The translations under genes were made by a program, and so were the position numbers. From Candidatus Amesbacteria bacterium RIFCSPLOWO2_01_FULL_48_25 (GTDB lineage Bacteria > Patescibacteriota > Microgenomatia > CAZETR01 > Amesbacteraceae): a stretch of DNA of 64,000 bases. Of the stretch, positions 1-9,748 are shown one piece after another (position 1 is the stretch's first letter; each line of letters opens with the position of its first letter). Location: assembly GCA_001773695.1 (NCBI GenBank), contig MEXN01000007.1, forward strand, positions 47,388 to 111,387. Direction: 5' to 3'. The notes under the pieces are model-generated. The model ran no database searches. It was not told where the DNA came from and saw only the letters and a list, made by a program, of their open reading frames with translations.

Positions 1-168
1 CCACTTGGCAAAATCCTCATCATTAATCAGGTTGGATTTTTCTAACTTGGAGATAGTTTGATTAATTGAAGTGGTGTCGGATGTTTTGGTTTTGAGAAAA
101 CGTTCTACTTCGGCGCGGCTTCTGGGACGGAATGACAAAAACTTAAGCGCGCTATCGATAAGGTTCAC
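1..168 (-). CDS. recX: RecX regulatory protein (3' end runs off window)
   Basis: Not in ORF track; GTG at 168 gives MNLIDSALKFLSFRPRSRAEVERFL...KLEKSNLINDEDFAKW (RecX 'ALxxLSxRxRSxxE' and 'LINDxxFA' motifs), directly downstream of recA. Confidence 0.9.
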   Translation of the reverse strand, partial: MNLIDSALKFLSFRPRSRAEVERFLKTKTSDTTSINQTISKLEKSNLINDEDFAKW

Positions 169-178
169 TATATTTATT

Positions 179-1216
179 TTACTCTTCTTCAATTTCCCCT
201 ACTTGTTTAGGCAGGGGGGTTTTACTGGATTTGACGGATTTCCAGATTGCGTCTTCGAGCTGTTTGGCAGCTTTATGATTTTCTTTGAGATAAGAGCGGG
301 CGGCCTCGCGGCCCTGGCCGATAATGGCCTCAGCAAAGTAAATGAAGGCACCTTTTTTGGTAAGGACGCCTAATTCCAGTCCGACGTCAATTAAGCCGCC
401 CTCTCTGGAGATGCCGCCGTCATTTAGAATATCGAACTCGGCGACTCTAAAGGGTGGGGCGACCTTGTTTTTGACGATTCTGGCCCGGTGGCGGGAACCG
501 ATAGCAAGGTCACCGTCTTTTAGGGTTTCAATTTTCCGGACGTCGATGCGGACGGAGGCATAAAATTTGAGCGCCATACCACCAGGGGTAGTTTCGGGGT
601 TGCCGAACATGACCCCGATCTTCATCCGAAGCTGGTTCGTAAAAATGACGACGGTTTTGCTTTTGGAAATGGCGCCGGTAATTTTCCTTAGAGCCTGGGA
701 CATAAGCCGGGCCTGGACGCCCATGACGCTGTCTCCCATTTCGCCTTCGATTTCTGATCGGGGGACGAGGGCAGCTACTGAGTCGATAACGATAACGTCG
801 ATGGCCCCGGAACGAATGAGGGTTTCGACAATTTCTAAGGCTTGCTCGCCGGTATCGGGTTGGGAAATGTATAAATTGTCCAGGTCAACGCCAATTGCCT
901 CTGCTCGGGAGGGATCGAGAGCGTGCTCGGCGTCGATAAAAGCGGCGGTGCCACCAGCTTTTTGAGCCTGGGCGATACAGTGCAAGGCAATTGTGGTTTT
1001 ACCGGAAGCTTCGGGACCGTAAATTTCGGTAATGCGGCCGCGGGGAAATCCACCGATGCCCAGGGCAATATCAATAGCAATTGAACCCGTAGAAATAACC
1101 TCGACATTAAATTTGTCCCCTTTTTCGCCAAACTTCATGATCGAACCTTTGCCAAACTGTTTTTCAATCTGTTCCATGGCGATTTTAATCGCCTGAAGTT
1201 TTTGGTCTAATGCCAT
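179..1216 (-). CDS. recA: Recombinase A
   Basis: GPEASGKTT Walker [20 protein letters not shown]. Confidence 0.99.
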   Translation of the reverse strand: MALDQKLQAIKIAMEQIEKQFGKGSIMKFGEKGDKFNVEVISTGSIAIDIALGIGGFPRGRITEIYGPEASGKTTIALHCIAQAQKAGGTAAFIDAEHALDPSRAEAIGVDLDNLYISQPDTGEQALEIVETLIRSGAIDVIVIDSVAALVPRSEIEGEMGDSVMGVQARLMSQALRKITGAISKSKTVVIFTNQLRMKIGVMFGNPETTPGGMALKFYASVRIDVRKIETLKDGDLAIGSRHRARIVKNKVAPPFRVAEFDILNDGGISREGGLIDVGLELGVLTKKGAFIYFAEAIIGQGREAARSYLKENHKAAKQLEDAIWKSVKSSKTPLPKQVGEIEEE

Positions 1217-1261
1217 GCAAGGGCGAATATCGCAGAAGACTTATAAAAAATCAAGGGTGAG

Positions 1262-2053
1262 TTAGCGGTTGGGGGAAGTTTTAGATGAAGTCAGATTCCA
1301 AAACCAAGACAGTGAGTAAAAAAGGAATAGACCCAGACCCAGATAGTTTAGAAATGCGTTGGGAGAGAGGGAGTTAACGGCGGAAACTAAGAGGGGTAAA
1401 ACCGAAGCGTAGATGGTGAGTTTGAAAAAAGTGAGATAGGGCAAGGGGCGGTGAGTGAAACGGCTGATTAGCCAAAATAATCCGGCCCATAAACTGAAGG
1501 AGGATAAACGCAAACTCCAAAAAAATAAAGAAAATGTGAGTGCCCCCACAATGAGTACTGATAAGCCAATGGCCCAAGCGCGTAAAGAGTGTCGGCTGAG
1601 CCAAAAAACCAAATCCGACTTGGAGAGAGAAAAATCACCTACATTTTTGAGAGGCTGAATACGAGTAGAGCTGTCTTGGGATTTGGAAACAATCCGGTCG
1701 CGAAGTACCAATATCCCTGCTGAAAAATCATTAAGCTGGTCTTCGGTACCGGACGGATCTAAAATAATGGCAAAGTCGGAATTGCCCCAGGTGACGGGCG
1801 TGGGTTGGGTAGTGGAAATTTGGTCGTTTTTAATGGCAATGTCGAATTGAGGAACATTAGTCTCTATGAGACGGGGGAGTTGAGGGACGTAGTAAGTAAT
1901 CAGGGAGATGCCAAAAACTATGACGATGACGGCCAAAAGAAGAATATATTTGGTCCAGTACCATAGCACCTGGCGAAGTGATCTGGTGGAAATGACCTTG
2001 CCATAATACTTGTCCTGGAGACTGGTTAAGGTTTCACGAAATGTGGCTAGCAC
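1262..2053 (-). CDS. Multi-pass membrane protein, DUF1189-like
   Basis: N-terminal TM, extracytoplasmic loop, several C-terminal TMs, 'YASVLP' motif; TAGAAT 6 nt before GTG. Confidence 0.6.
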   Translation of the reverse strand: MLATFRETLTSLQDKYYGKVISTRSLRQVLWYWTKYILLLAVIVIVFGISLITYYVPQLPRLIETNVPQFDIAIKNDQISTTQPTPVTWGNSDFAIILDPSGTEDQLNDFSAGILVLRDRIVSKSQDSSTRIQPLKNVGDFSLSKSDLVFWLSRHSLRAWAIGLSVLIVGALTFSLFFWSLRLSSFSLWAGLFWLISRFTHRPLPYLTFFKLTIYASVLPLLVSAVNSLSPNAFLNYLGLGLFLFYSLSWFWNLTSSKTSPNR

Positions 2054-2092
2054 CGTTTAATTCTAGACTGAGGTAGGGTAAAATACAAATAC

Positions 2093-2163
2093 CGGGGCGG
2101 AGTTTGACGGTAGAACGCGCGCATGGGGTGCGTGTAGAGGCAGTTCAATTCTGCCCGCCCCGA
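2093..2163 (+). tRNA. tRNA-Pro(GGG), CCA not encoded
   Basis: Acceptor CGGGGCG/CGCCCCG, discriminator A, D arm GTTT/GAAC, anticodon arm CGCGC-ATGGGGT-GCGTG, T arm GGCAG-TTCAATT-CTGCC. Confidence 0.93.
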
Positions 2164-2187
2164 CTGGTTAGCGTTTGGGGGATTGTT

Positions 2188-2205
2188 CTTCGACTGCGCT
2201 CAGGA
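2188..2205. repeat. REP-like element, family 1 (CTTCGACTGCGCTCAGGA)
   Basis: Related copies at 5036, 21718, 52439 and a partial one at 36064. Confidence 0.75.
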
Positions 2206-2220
2206 CTGCAGATTGTAATT

Positions 2221-2631
2221 TTATCGTTTTGGACTTTGCTTTTTGCGGCGGCTCTTGCCGCCCATGCCGACCATCCGCCTTTGGCGAACTCTGGAATCCC
2301 GGGTGAGAAGACCGAGTTTTCGCAAAGGAGATTTATATTCGGCTTTGAGGGAGGAGATAGCCCGGGCGATGCCTAGTGTGAGAGCGTCCAACTGGCCAGT
2401 AGAACCCCCGCCACGGATTTTGGCTTCGACCGAATAGGTTTTGCTTTTGGGTAGGACGGACAGGGGGGAAGTGGCTCGGGTTTTGGCGATGATGGATGAG
2501 AAATAACGGTCCGCCGGCCGGCCGTTGACCACGATACTCCCGTCACCGGCTATTAGCCTGACTTGGGCTACGGCTTCCTTGCGCCGGCCGACGGCTGTGG
2601 CATAAATCTTATTTTTTAAATTGTTTGGCAT
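2221..2631 (-). CDS. rpsI: 30S ribosomal protein uS9
   Basis: GRRKEAVAQV, GGGSTGQ, C-terminal SPKR; start moved to MPNNLK. Confidence 0.97.
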   Translation of the reverse strand: MPNNLKNKIYATAVGRRKEAVAQVRLIAGDGSIVVNGRPADRYFSSIIAKTRATSPLSVLPKSKTYSVEAKIRGGGSTGQLDALTLGIARAISSLKAEYKSPLRKLGLLTRDSRVRQRRMVGMGGKSRRKKQSPKR

Positions 2632-3025
2632 ATGGGTGGTCGGGGCCGGGATAGACATGAAGATGTTTTAACATGCGGTCGTGAAGCTTGTTTTTGGGGA
2701 GCATACCTGATATGGCGTGGGTGATAATCCTGTCGGGGTGGGAAGCTTGGACTTGGGCGTAGGTTAAGACCACCATGCCTCCCGGATAGCCAGAGTGACG
2801 GTGGTAGAGTTTTTGGGCAGATTTCCGGCCGGTGACTTTGACTTTGGCGGCGTTTATTATGACCACGTGGTCACCCATGTCCAGGTGGCGAGAGAAATCT
2901 ACCCTATTTTTGCCCATGAGCAGCCTGGCTATTCTCGTCGCCATGCGGCCTAAAACCTGACCATTGGCGTCTACTAAATGCCAATCACGGTTTATTTGGG
3001 ATAATTTGGGGGAAAGAGTGGGCAT
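2609..3025 (-). CDS. rplM: 50S ribosomal protein uL13
   Basis: WHLVDA..VLGRMA, HSGYPGG, GMLPKN. Confidence 0.98.
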   Translation of the reverse strand: MPTLSPKLSQINRDWHLVDANGQVLGRMATRIARLLMGKNRVDFSRHLDMGDHVVIINAAKVKVTGRKSAQKLYHRHSGYPGGMVVLTYAQVQASHPDRIITHAISGMLPKNKLHDRMLKHLHVYPGPDHPYAKQFKK

Positions 3026-3444
3026 TACTTAGTTGATCGCTTAATTTTCGCCGGGGCAATTGGTTTGGAGGTAGATGGAGGTGTGGCTTTGGGAGAAGTG
3101 AACTCCATACGAACCATGGGGGCATTGTCGCCTGTTCGGTTGCCAAGCTTAGTTAGACGTAAATACCCGCCGGGGCGAGTTTTGAAACGGGGAGCAATTT
3201 CGTGGACCAGTTTTTCTACCAGGGACTTGTCGGTGACTACTGCCTCGATTGCACGGACGTCGGTCAAAGATCCGTGTTTGGCTTTGGTGATGAGATTTTC
3301 GATCAGGGATACGGCGGCTTTGCCTTTGGCTTCGGTAGTTTCTATCGCCTCGGAACGAATAAGTGCCCCGGCGAGCCCCCTTAGAAGAGCTTGCCGCTGA
3401 TTAGTATCGCGATTGAGTTGACGGCCGAAAACGTTGTGGCGCAT
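3025..3444 (-). CDS. rplQ: 50S ribosomal protein bL17
   Basis: MRH, IETTEAK, RPGGYLR, GDNAPM. Confidence 0.98.
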   Translation of the reverse strand: MRHNVFGRQLNRDTNQRQALLRGLAGALIRSEAIETTEAKGKAAVSLIENLITKAKHGSLTDVRAIEAVVTDKSLVEKLVHEIAPRFKTRPGGYLRLTKLGNRTGDNAPMVRMEFTSPKATPPSTSKPIAPAKIKRSTK

Positions 3445-3449
3445 GTCAT

Positions 3450-4376
3450 TTAGAGTACAAAGTCAAACCCTCTCTCCTTGAGGGCGATTTCAATAATTTT
3501 GACTGATTTGGAACCTAAGTTCTTGACTTTGGCTAGTTGGGCCTTGGGGAGAGCGGTGAGCTGGGCGACGGTTTCAAGACCCGCTTTTTGGAGAGCGTTG
3601 GCTATACGGGTGGGAAGATCCAATTCCTCGACCGATAGGGACGACCCTGTGGAGGAGGATGGAGATGAGCCTACTGAAGGGCCGGATACGGAAGAGGGAG
3701 TCTGGGGGTTGGCGATGGCCGAAAAATATCCTACTAAAGTCTGGGAAGCTTGGGACAAAGCTCTCGCGGGGGAAACGGTGCCGTTGGTCGTAATATCGAG
3801 AATCAGCTTGTCAAAATTGGTAAAACGGCCAACGCGGGTAGCCTCGACGGAAAAGTTGACCCGGGTGACGGGGGTGAAAGTGGCGTCTGTCGGGACGGCC
3901 CCGACAGTCGTCGATTTTCGGTCATCGGCGGGGGAATAACCCAAACCGGCTTCGACAGTGGCTACTAGTTCCAGTTTGGCAGATTTGTCCGAAAGATGGG
4001 CAACAATTGCTTGGGGATTGGCAATAATTACGTCCGGAGGGAGTTGGAAATCACCGGCTTTAACTTGCCCTGGGCCTTTGGCTGAAAGTTCTATTTGAAC
4101 GGGTGAATCGCCGGAATACTGGAGACGGATTTGCTTTAGGTTCAGGATAACTTGAACCACATCCTCCCTGACCCCGGGGAGAGTGGTGAATTGGTGGTTG
4201 GTGCCGGTTATATTGACGGAGGTGATGGCTGCCCCAGGAATAGAAGTGTAAAGTACCCGGCGAAGCGAATTTCCCAATGTATGCCCGTAACCTTGAGGCA
4301 GGGGCTCGATAGTAAAACGGGCTTGGGTCGGGTGATCGTCTGATTGGATAGTGAATTGGGGGGTGAGTGAGATCAT
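3450..4376 (-). CDS. rpoA: RNA polymerase alpha subunit
   Basis: EPLPQGYGHTLGNSLRRVL, alpha-CTD NLGSKS. Confidence 0.99.
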   Translation of the reverse strand: MISLTPQFTIQSDDHPTQARFTIEPLPQGYGHTLGNSLRRVLYTSIPGAAITSVNITGTNHQFTTLPGVREDVVQVILNLKQIRLQYSGDSPVQIELSAKGPGQVKAGDFQLPPDVIIANPQAIVAHLSDKSAKLELVATVEAGLGYSPADDRKSTTVGAVPTDATFTPVTRVNFSVEATRVGRFTNFDKLILDITTNGTVSPARALSQASQTLVGYFSAIANPQTPSSVSGPSVGSSPSSSTGSSLSVEELDLPTRIANALQKAGLETVAQLTALPKAQLAKVKNLGSKSVKIIEIALKERGFDFVL

Positions 4377-4387
4377 ATGGGCCTTTT

Positions 4388-4426
4388 ATCGGCAATATGT
4401 CATCATTTTGATGCCATATATCCGAT
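4388..4426 (-). other. Intergenic stem-loop between rpsD and rpoA
   Basis: ATCGG..ATATG.CATC-aaaat-GATG.CATAT..CCGAT imperfect inverted repeat with no U-tract. Confidence 0.6.
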
Positions 4427-4428
4427 TT

Positions 4429-5028
4429 TCATCGGCTATAAAACTCCACGATTAACTGTTCATCTATAGGGCTGTCGACATCGGTACGAGATGGGAGCGT
4501 GGTTACAACGCCTACTGCTCCCTGACGATCCAGCCAGGCAGGAAGATGGTGGTCGGTACTTTGGAGAAGAGCACTTACTACTGGCGTTTGCATCGCCTTG
4601 GGGCTTAAGGAAATTTGCTGCCCCGTACTAATTTGGAAAGAGGGAATGGTGACTCTTTTCCCATCCAGTCGAACGTGACCGTGGGAAACTAATTGCCGCG
4701 CCATGGCGCGAGTGGGAGCCATTCCCAGACGGTAGACGACGTTGTCCAGGCGCGTTTCTAATAAACGCAGGAGGACTTCGCCTGTCTTGCCGCGAACTTT
4801 AGTGGCCTTCTCAAAGTACTTGCGGAATTGCCGTTCCATTATACCATAAATTCTCTTCGTTTTCTGCTTTTCCCTGAGCCTGACTGCATAATCTGACGGA
4901 CGCCTGGTGCCTTTGGGGCCGTGTTGACCCGGGGGTTGGGTGGCGCGGCGAAGCTTGTTACCACGGCCGAATAGGTCGAAACCTTCACGGCGGGAGAGGC
5001 GATTTTTGGGTTCAGTATAGCGGGCCAT
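4429..5028 (-). CDS. rpsD: 30S ribosomal protein uS4
   Basis: MARYT, PPGQHG, LETRLDNVVYRLG, IVEFYSR. Confidence 0.99.
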   Translation of the reverse strand: MARYTEPKNRLSRREGFDLFGRGNKLRRATQPPGQHGPKGTRRPSDYAVRLREKQKTKRIYGIMERQFRKYFEKATKVRGKTGEVLLRLLETRLDNVVYRLGMAPTRAMARQLVSHGHVRLDGKRVTIPSFQISTGQQISLSPKAMQTPVVSALLQSTDHHLPAWLDRQGAVGVVTTLPSRTDVDSPIDEQLIVEFYSR

Positions 5029-5035
5029 AAATTAT

Positions 5036-5060
5036 CCTTCGACTTCGCTCAGGATGACAC
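5036..5060. repeat. REP-like element, family 1, at the rpsG/rpsD junction
   Basis: CCTTCGACTTCGCTCAGGATGACAC. Confidence 0.8.
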
Positions 5061-5066
5061 TACGTG

Positions 5067-5543
5067 TCACCATCTAAAATGGGCGAAGGCTTTGTTGGCT
5101 TCGGCCATGCGGTGGGTATCTAACTTTTTCTTGACAGCAGCGCCTGAGTTGGCTGCGGCTTCGACTATTTCGGCGCAGAGTTTTTGGGCAAAAGTGGGAT
5201 AAGTGCTGTTGGGACGGGCGAGAGTAGCCATCAATAGCCAACGAATGGCTAAGGAGTCACGGCGATCTGCCCGGACCGGAGTGGGAACCTGGTAGGCCGC
5301 ACCACCGATTCTTCGGGAGCGGACTTCCATTTGGGGCCGGATATTTTCAATTGCAGCGAGAAAGAGGGGCAAGGGTTCTTGTTTGGTTTGAACTCCAAGG
5401 AGTTCAAATGCCTTATAAACTTGTTTTTGGGCCACGGCTTTTTTACCGTCACGCATGGAGCGATTGATCAACTGGGTAACTAGGGAATGATGATAAATCG
5501 GGTCTGGGACAGTCAATTTTTTGGGGGCTGGTTTACTTCTCAT
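5067..5543 (-). CDS. rpsG: 30S ribosomal protein uS7
   Basis: EVRSRRIGGAAYQVP, HRMAEANKAFAHFRW; true start MRSKP at 5543. Confidence 0.98.
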   Translation of the reverse strand: MRSKPAPKKLTVPDPIYHHSLVTQLINRSMRDGKKAVAQKQVYKAFELLGVQTKQEPLPLFLAAIENIRPQMEVRSRRIGGAAYQVPTPVRADRRDSLAIRWLLMATLARPNSTYPTFAQKLCAEIVEAAANSGAAVKKKLDTHRMAEANKAFAHFRW

Positions 5544-5550
5544 ATTTTTT

Positions 5551-5985
5551 TTAGGATGCCGTGGCGACACTGGGGCCGACGGTTGCTTTGGTGCCGTAGC
5601 GAGAACGGCCTTGCTTACGGTTTTCGACTCCGATGGCGTCGTACTTGCCACGAACGATATGGTATTTAACTCCGGGTAAATCTTTAACTCGACCGCCACG
5701 AATCATAACGATGGAGTGCTCGGCTATGGTGTGACCGATACCGGGGATGTAGGCTGTGACCTCACTAGAATTGGAAAGACGAACACGGGCGATCTTTCGA
5801 AGGGCCGAATTGGGTTTTTTGGGAGTCATTGTTTTGACTATAGTAACTACTCCTCGTTTAAAAGGATTGAAACCTTCGGTGAAACGGCGGGACTTGGAAT
5901 TGAACGACCGACGGAGGCTGGTAGCCTTGATTTTTTTGGTCTTGGCCTTTCTGCCGTGACGGATAAGTTGATTGATTGTCGGCAT
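5551..5985 (-). CDS. rpsL: 30S ribosomal protein uS12
   Basis: [27 protein letters not shown]. Confidence 0.99.
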   Translation of the reverse strand: MPTINQLIRHGRKAKTKKIKATSLRRSFNSKSRRFTEGFNPFKRGVVTIVKTMTPKKPNSALRKIARVRLSNSSEVTAYIPGIGHTIAEHSIVMIRGGRVKDLPGVKYHIVRGKYDAIGVENRKQGRSRYGTKATVGPSVATAS

Positions 5986-5996
5986 ATGAGAGGGGA

Positions 5997-8900
5997 TTAT
6001 TGTACCAATTTGGCTCGCTCGGGGCTAGTTGGTATAAGCCGGCCAATAATGACGTTTTCTTTGAGTCCAATTAAAGGATCGATCCGGCCTTCGATGGCCG
6101 CGTCGGCCAATTGGGAGGTGGTTTCGATAAACGAGGCGGAGGATAACCAGGATCCGGTTTTGAGGGCGGCCCGGGTGATGCCCAAAACTACAACCTGGGC
6201 AGTGGCTGGTTCGCCGCCGGCGGCTAAAATACGGGCATTTTCTACCTCGAAGCCAGTGCGGTCGATAATATCTCCGGGCAGAAGAGTAGTATCTCCTTGG
6301 GAGAGGACCCGAACCCGGTCGCTCATCTTTCTGACAATTACTTCGAAATGTTTGTCGTGGATGGGCACGCCCTGGGACTCGTATACCAATTGAATCTCTT
6401 CGATGAGGTATTCCTGGGCACCCCTGAGGCCACGAATTTCCAATACTTCTTTAATATCTAATGAACCGGTGGCAAGTTGAGTTCCTGAGTCGACCAGATC
6501 TCCATCGGCTACTTTAAGCTCGGCAGTAAGGGGAATAATATATTCGCGTTCGTCGACAGGTTTGACTGAAGTATTTCGAATCCTAACCTTGTAACCGGAA
6601 TCGGTCTGGGTGACCTCGACCCGCCCGGAAATTTCAGCCAGAGGAGCTACTAATTTGGGAGTCCGGGCTTCGAACAGTTCTTCGATTCTGGGTAGCCCTT
6701 GGGTGACGTCGATGCTGCCTACGGACAGACCACCCCGTTTACCGTGTAAGGTCATTTGTGTTCCCGGCTCGCCGATACTTTGGGCGGCAATGACGCCAAC
6801 CGGGTCGCCAATTGATGCTTGGGCCATGGCACCTAATTGCCAGCTATAGCAGGTAGCGCAAAGGCCGTATTTGGCGTTACATGTTAAAGGCGAGCGAACA
6901 ATTACTTCATTTACTGACTCGGTGTTGATCTGAGATACCTTGTCCTCGTCAAGAACCGTCCCTGCCGGAATGAGGACTTTTTTAGACTTGGGAGAAACTA
7001 TGTCGGAAGCCGTAACGCGGCCAAAAATCCGGGCCGGGAAAGACTTGGCCCTACGGCCGGACCGGAAAATGGAGAGACCGGAAGTGGTACCGCAGTCTTC
7101 CCGGCGGATTATGGCGTCGTGGGCTACGTCTACCAAGCGACGGGTGAGATATCCGGCGTCGGCAGTACGAATAGCAGTGTCGGACAAGCCCTTGCGTTCG
7201 CCACGAGCGGCAGAAACATATTCGAAAGTGGAAAATCCCTCCCGATAGTTACTTTTTAGAGGCAGGTCGACGATCCGGCCCAAGGGGTCAACCACCAGGC
7301 CGCGCATGGCGGAGAGTTGCTTGACCTGTTCACGGGAAACCTTACCCACCTGAGCATCCACCATGAGATGAATGGGGTTAGTTTGATCAATTAATTTCCA
7401 GGTATTGTCGGCCAATATATCCGTGGTTTCCAGCCAGGTTCCTTGGGTGAGGCGTTTTTTCTCCTCGGCGGTAATTAACCCTAATGAAAAGTTTTGTTCG
7501 ATTTCAGCAACTTTGCGATTGGCCCCCGAAATAATCTCGGTTTTGTCCGGCGAAATAACACAGTCGGTAATGCTGACCGAAAGACCGGCTATGGTTCCGG
7601 CCCAGAAACCTAAAGATTTAATATCGTCGATCAGCTTGACGATTACTCCGGGATCGGTCTCGCCGAAGAGGCGGAAAGCCTTGTTGAAAATGGCCACGAC
7701 GGTGGAACGGCGGACGGGTTCGTTTACAAAACGCAGAGGTTCGGGTAGAACCTCGTTAAAGAGCAAGCGGCCAACAGTGGTTTCCACTAAGTGACCCTCT
7801 TGACGGACAAGAACTAGTTGGCGCAATTTGAGAATACCGGTGTGGTAGGCCAGAATGGCTTCCGCGTCTGAGGCCATGGGGGTGGAAGCACTTGGAATTT
7901 GGGAATCTACCGAAGTGAGGTAGTAATTGCCCAAAGCCATTTCTTTGGTGGAAGGAATAGTGATAGGCGTACCGTCGGCCGGTTTTCGAAGATTATTTTG
8001 AGGCATCATGGTGGCAATCACTTCGGCGATAGCCCCCTGGCTTAAAGGAATATGAACGGCCATTTGATCACCGTCGAAATCGGCGTTAAAACCGGGACAA
8101 ACACAGGGGTGGATGCGGATGGCCGAACCCTCAATCAAAATGGGATAAAAGGCCTGGATAGATAACTTGTGCAGGGTAGGGGCCCGATTTAGTAGCACCG
8201 GGTGGTCGCGGGTGATGTCTTCCAAAATATCAAAAACTTCGGGGGGGCGGGTTTCTAGCAAATTCTTGGCTGATTTGACGTTTGGCGCCAGACCCTTAAC
8301 AATCATTTGGCGTAAGACAAACGGCTTGAACATTTCCAGGGCCATGTCCTTGGGGAGTCCACATTGATTGATCTTGAGCTCCGGGCCGACGACGATGACC
8401 GAACGGCCGGAGTAGTCCACCCGCTTGCCCAAAAGGTTTTGACGGAAGCGGCCCTGCTTGCCCCGCAACATGTCCGAAAGAGATTTGGAATGAGCGCTGG
8501 TCGGCAGACGAGTGACCCGAGTGTGTTGGGAAGAGTCGATTAGAGCATCGACGGCTTCCTGGAGCATGCGTTTTTCATTTCTCAAGATTATTTCCGGGGC
8601 TCCCAAATCAATGAGGTGCTTAAGGCGGTTGTTGCGATTTATGACTCGGCGATATAGATCGTTTAGGTCACTGGTCGCAAAGCGGCCCCCGGAGAGCTGA
8701 ACCATGGGACGCAGGTCGGGAGGAATAACAGGTAAGATCTTGATTATCATCCAGACGGGATCGATGCTGGCGCGGCGCAAGCCGTCCACGACTCGAAGGC
8801 GTTTGGTGGCTTTAATGTGGCGTTGTCCGGTAGAATTGGCTACTTCCTCCCTAAGGGTGGCTGAAAGGCTGCCGAGATCTAGAGTTCTGATAACATCCAA

Positions 8901-9743
8901 AATGGCTTCAGCGCCCATGCCAACGCCCACGAATTCCAATGCGTCGTATTCATTGAGTTTGGTGTATTCCTCTTCGGTGATCAGGGAGCCGACGTGCAAG
9001 CTCTGAATAATTTCTATCAGCCGGTCGTAAAGATCGGAAATTTTCTCGGTTTCTGCTAATTCTTGGTCTTTGAGAGCTTGTGTTTGCTGGCGGAATTTGA
9101 GAGAGAGCTGGTCTGTAGCCATGACTTGGGCATCGATATTTAAGGCTTGGCCTGAAAGCTCGGCTACATCTTTTTGTTCTTCTTTTCGGAGAGCAGTTGC
9201 TTGGGCCGTTAGTGATTTATGGATTTCATCTTTTTTTCGACTAGCATCTTTGGCTAATCGTTCGATAGCTAGGTCTTTTTGCTTGGAATCGCAGGAGGTA
9301 ACGATGTACTGGGCAAAGTAGATAACTGATTCCAAAGCTTTGGGGGAGACGTCCAAAAGCAGGCTTAGGCGACTAGGGGCTCCTTTGAAATACCAAACGT
9401 GGGCTACCGGGGAAGCTAGGGTAATATGACCCATGCGCTCGCGGCGAACCCGAGAGTGGGTGACTTCCACACCACATTTGTCACAGGTGATGCCTTTGTA
9501 TCGAATGCGTTTGTATTTACCACAGTAACATTCCCAGTCTTTGACCGGACCAAAAATGCGTTCGTCAAATAGTCCGTCTTTTTCGGGCCGAAGAGTGCGG
9601 TAGTTGATGGTTTCCGGCTTGGAGATCTCGCCATATGACCAAGACTTGACCACATCGGGAGAAGCCAATTTGAGTTGGAGCGACTGAAAGTCGGTAACGT
9701 TTTTGAAAGTGTCCTGATGATCTGGATTAATTTTGGCTGGCAT
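5997..9743 (-). CDS. rpoC: RNA polymerase beta' subunit
   Basis: [12 protein letters not shown] catalytic motif, zinc-binding cysteines, helical insertion after the N-terminal region. Confidence 0.99.
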   Translation of the reverse strand: MPAKINPDHQDTFKNVTDFQSLQLKLASPDVVKSWSYGEISKPETINYRTLRPEKDGLFDERIFGPVKDWECYCGKYKRIRYKGITCDKCGVEVTHSRVRRERMGHITLASPVAHVWYFKGAPSRLSLLLDVSPKALESVIYFAQYIVTSCDSKQKDLAIERLAKDASRKKDEIHKSLTAQATALRKEEQKDVAELSGQALNIDAQVMATDQLSLKFRQQTQALKDQELAETEKISDLYDRLIEIIQSLHVGSLITEEEYTKLNEYDALEFVGVGMGAEAILDVIRTLDLGSLSATLREEVANSTGQRHIKATKRLRVVDGLRRASIDPVWMIIKILPVIPPDLRPMVQLSGGRFATSDLNDLYRRVINRNNRLKHLIDLGAPEIILRNEKRMLQEAVDALIDSSQHTRVTRLPTSAHSKSLSDMLRGKQGRFRQNLLGKRVDYSGRSVIVVGPELKINQCGLPKDMALEMFKPFVLRQMIVKGLAPNVKSAKNLLETRPPEVFDILEDITRDHPVLLNRAPTLHKLSIQAFYPILIEGSAIRIHPCVCPGFNADFDGDQMAVHIPLSQGAIAEVIATMMPQNNLRKPADGTPITIPSTKEMALGNYYLTSVDSQIPSASTPMASDAEAILAYHTGILKLRQLVLVRQEGHLVETTVGRLLFNEVLPEPLRFVNEPVRRSTVVAIFNKAFRLFGETDPGVIVKLIDDIKSLGFWAGTIAGLSVSITDCVISPDKTEIISGANRKVAEIEQNFSLGLITAEEKKRLTQGTWLETTDILADNTWKLIDQTNPIHLMVDAQVGKVSREQVKQLSAMRGLVVDPLGRIVDLPLKSNYREGFSTFEYVSAARGERKGLSDTAIRTADAGYLTRRLVDVAHDAIIRREDCGTTSGLSIFRSGRRAKSFPARIFGRVTASDIVSPKSKKVLIPAGTVLDEDKVSQINTESVNEVIVRSPLTCNAKYGLCATCYSWQLGAMAQASIGDPVGVIAAQSIGEPGTQMTLHGKRGGLSVGSIDVTQGLPRIEELFEARTPKLVAPLAEISGRVEVTQTDSGYKVRIRNTSVKPVDEREYIIPLTAELKVADGDLVDSGTQLATGSLDIKEVLEIRGLRGAQEYLIEEIQLVYESQGVPIHDKHFEVIVRKMSDRVRVLSQGDTTLLPGDIIDRTGFEVENARILAAGGEPATAQVVVLGITRAALKTGSWLSSASFIETTSQLADAAIEGRIDPLIGLKENVIIGRLIPTSPERAKLVQ

Positions 9744-9748
9744 AATTT

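Noticed and set aside
5067..5699. Long N-terminal extensions on rpsG, and likewise Lon-like (28388), tuf (40571), ORF 32637 and ORF 63668
   Set aside because: These arise from the first in-frame start overlapping the upstream gene; internal starts fit homology and -10 spacing
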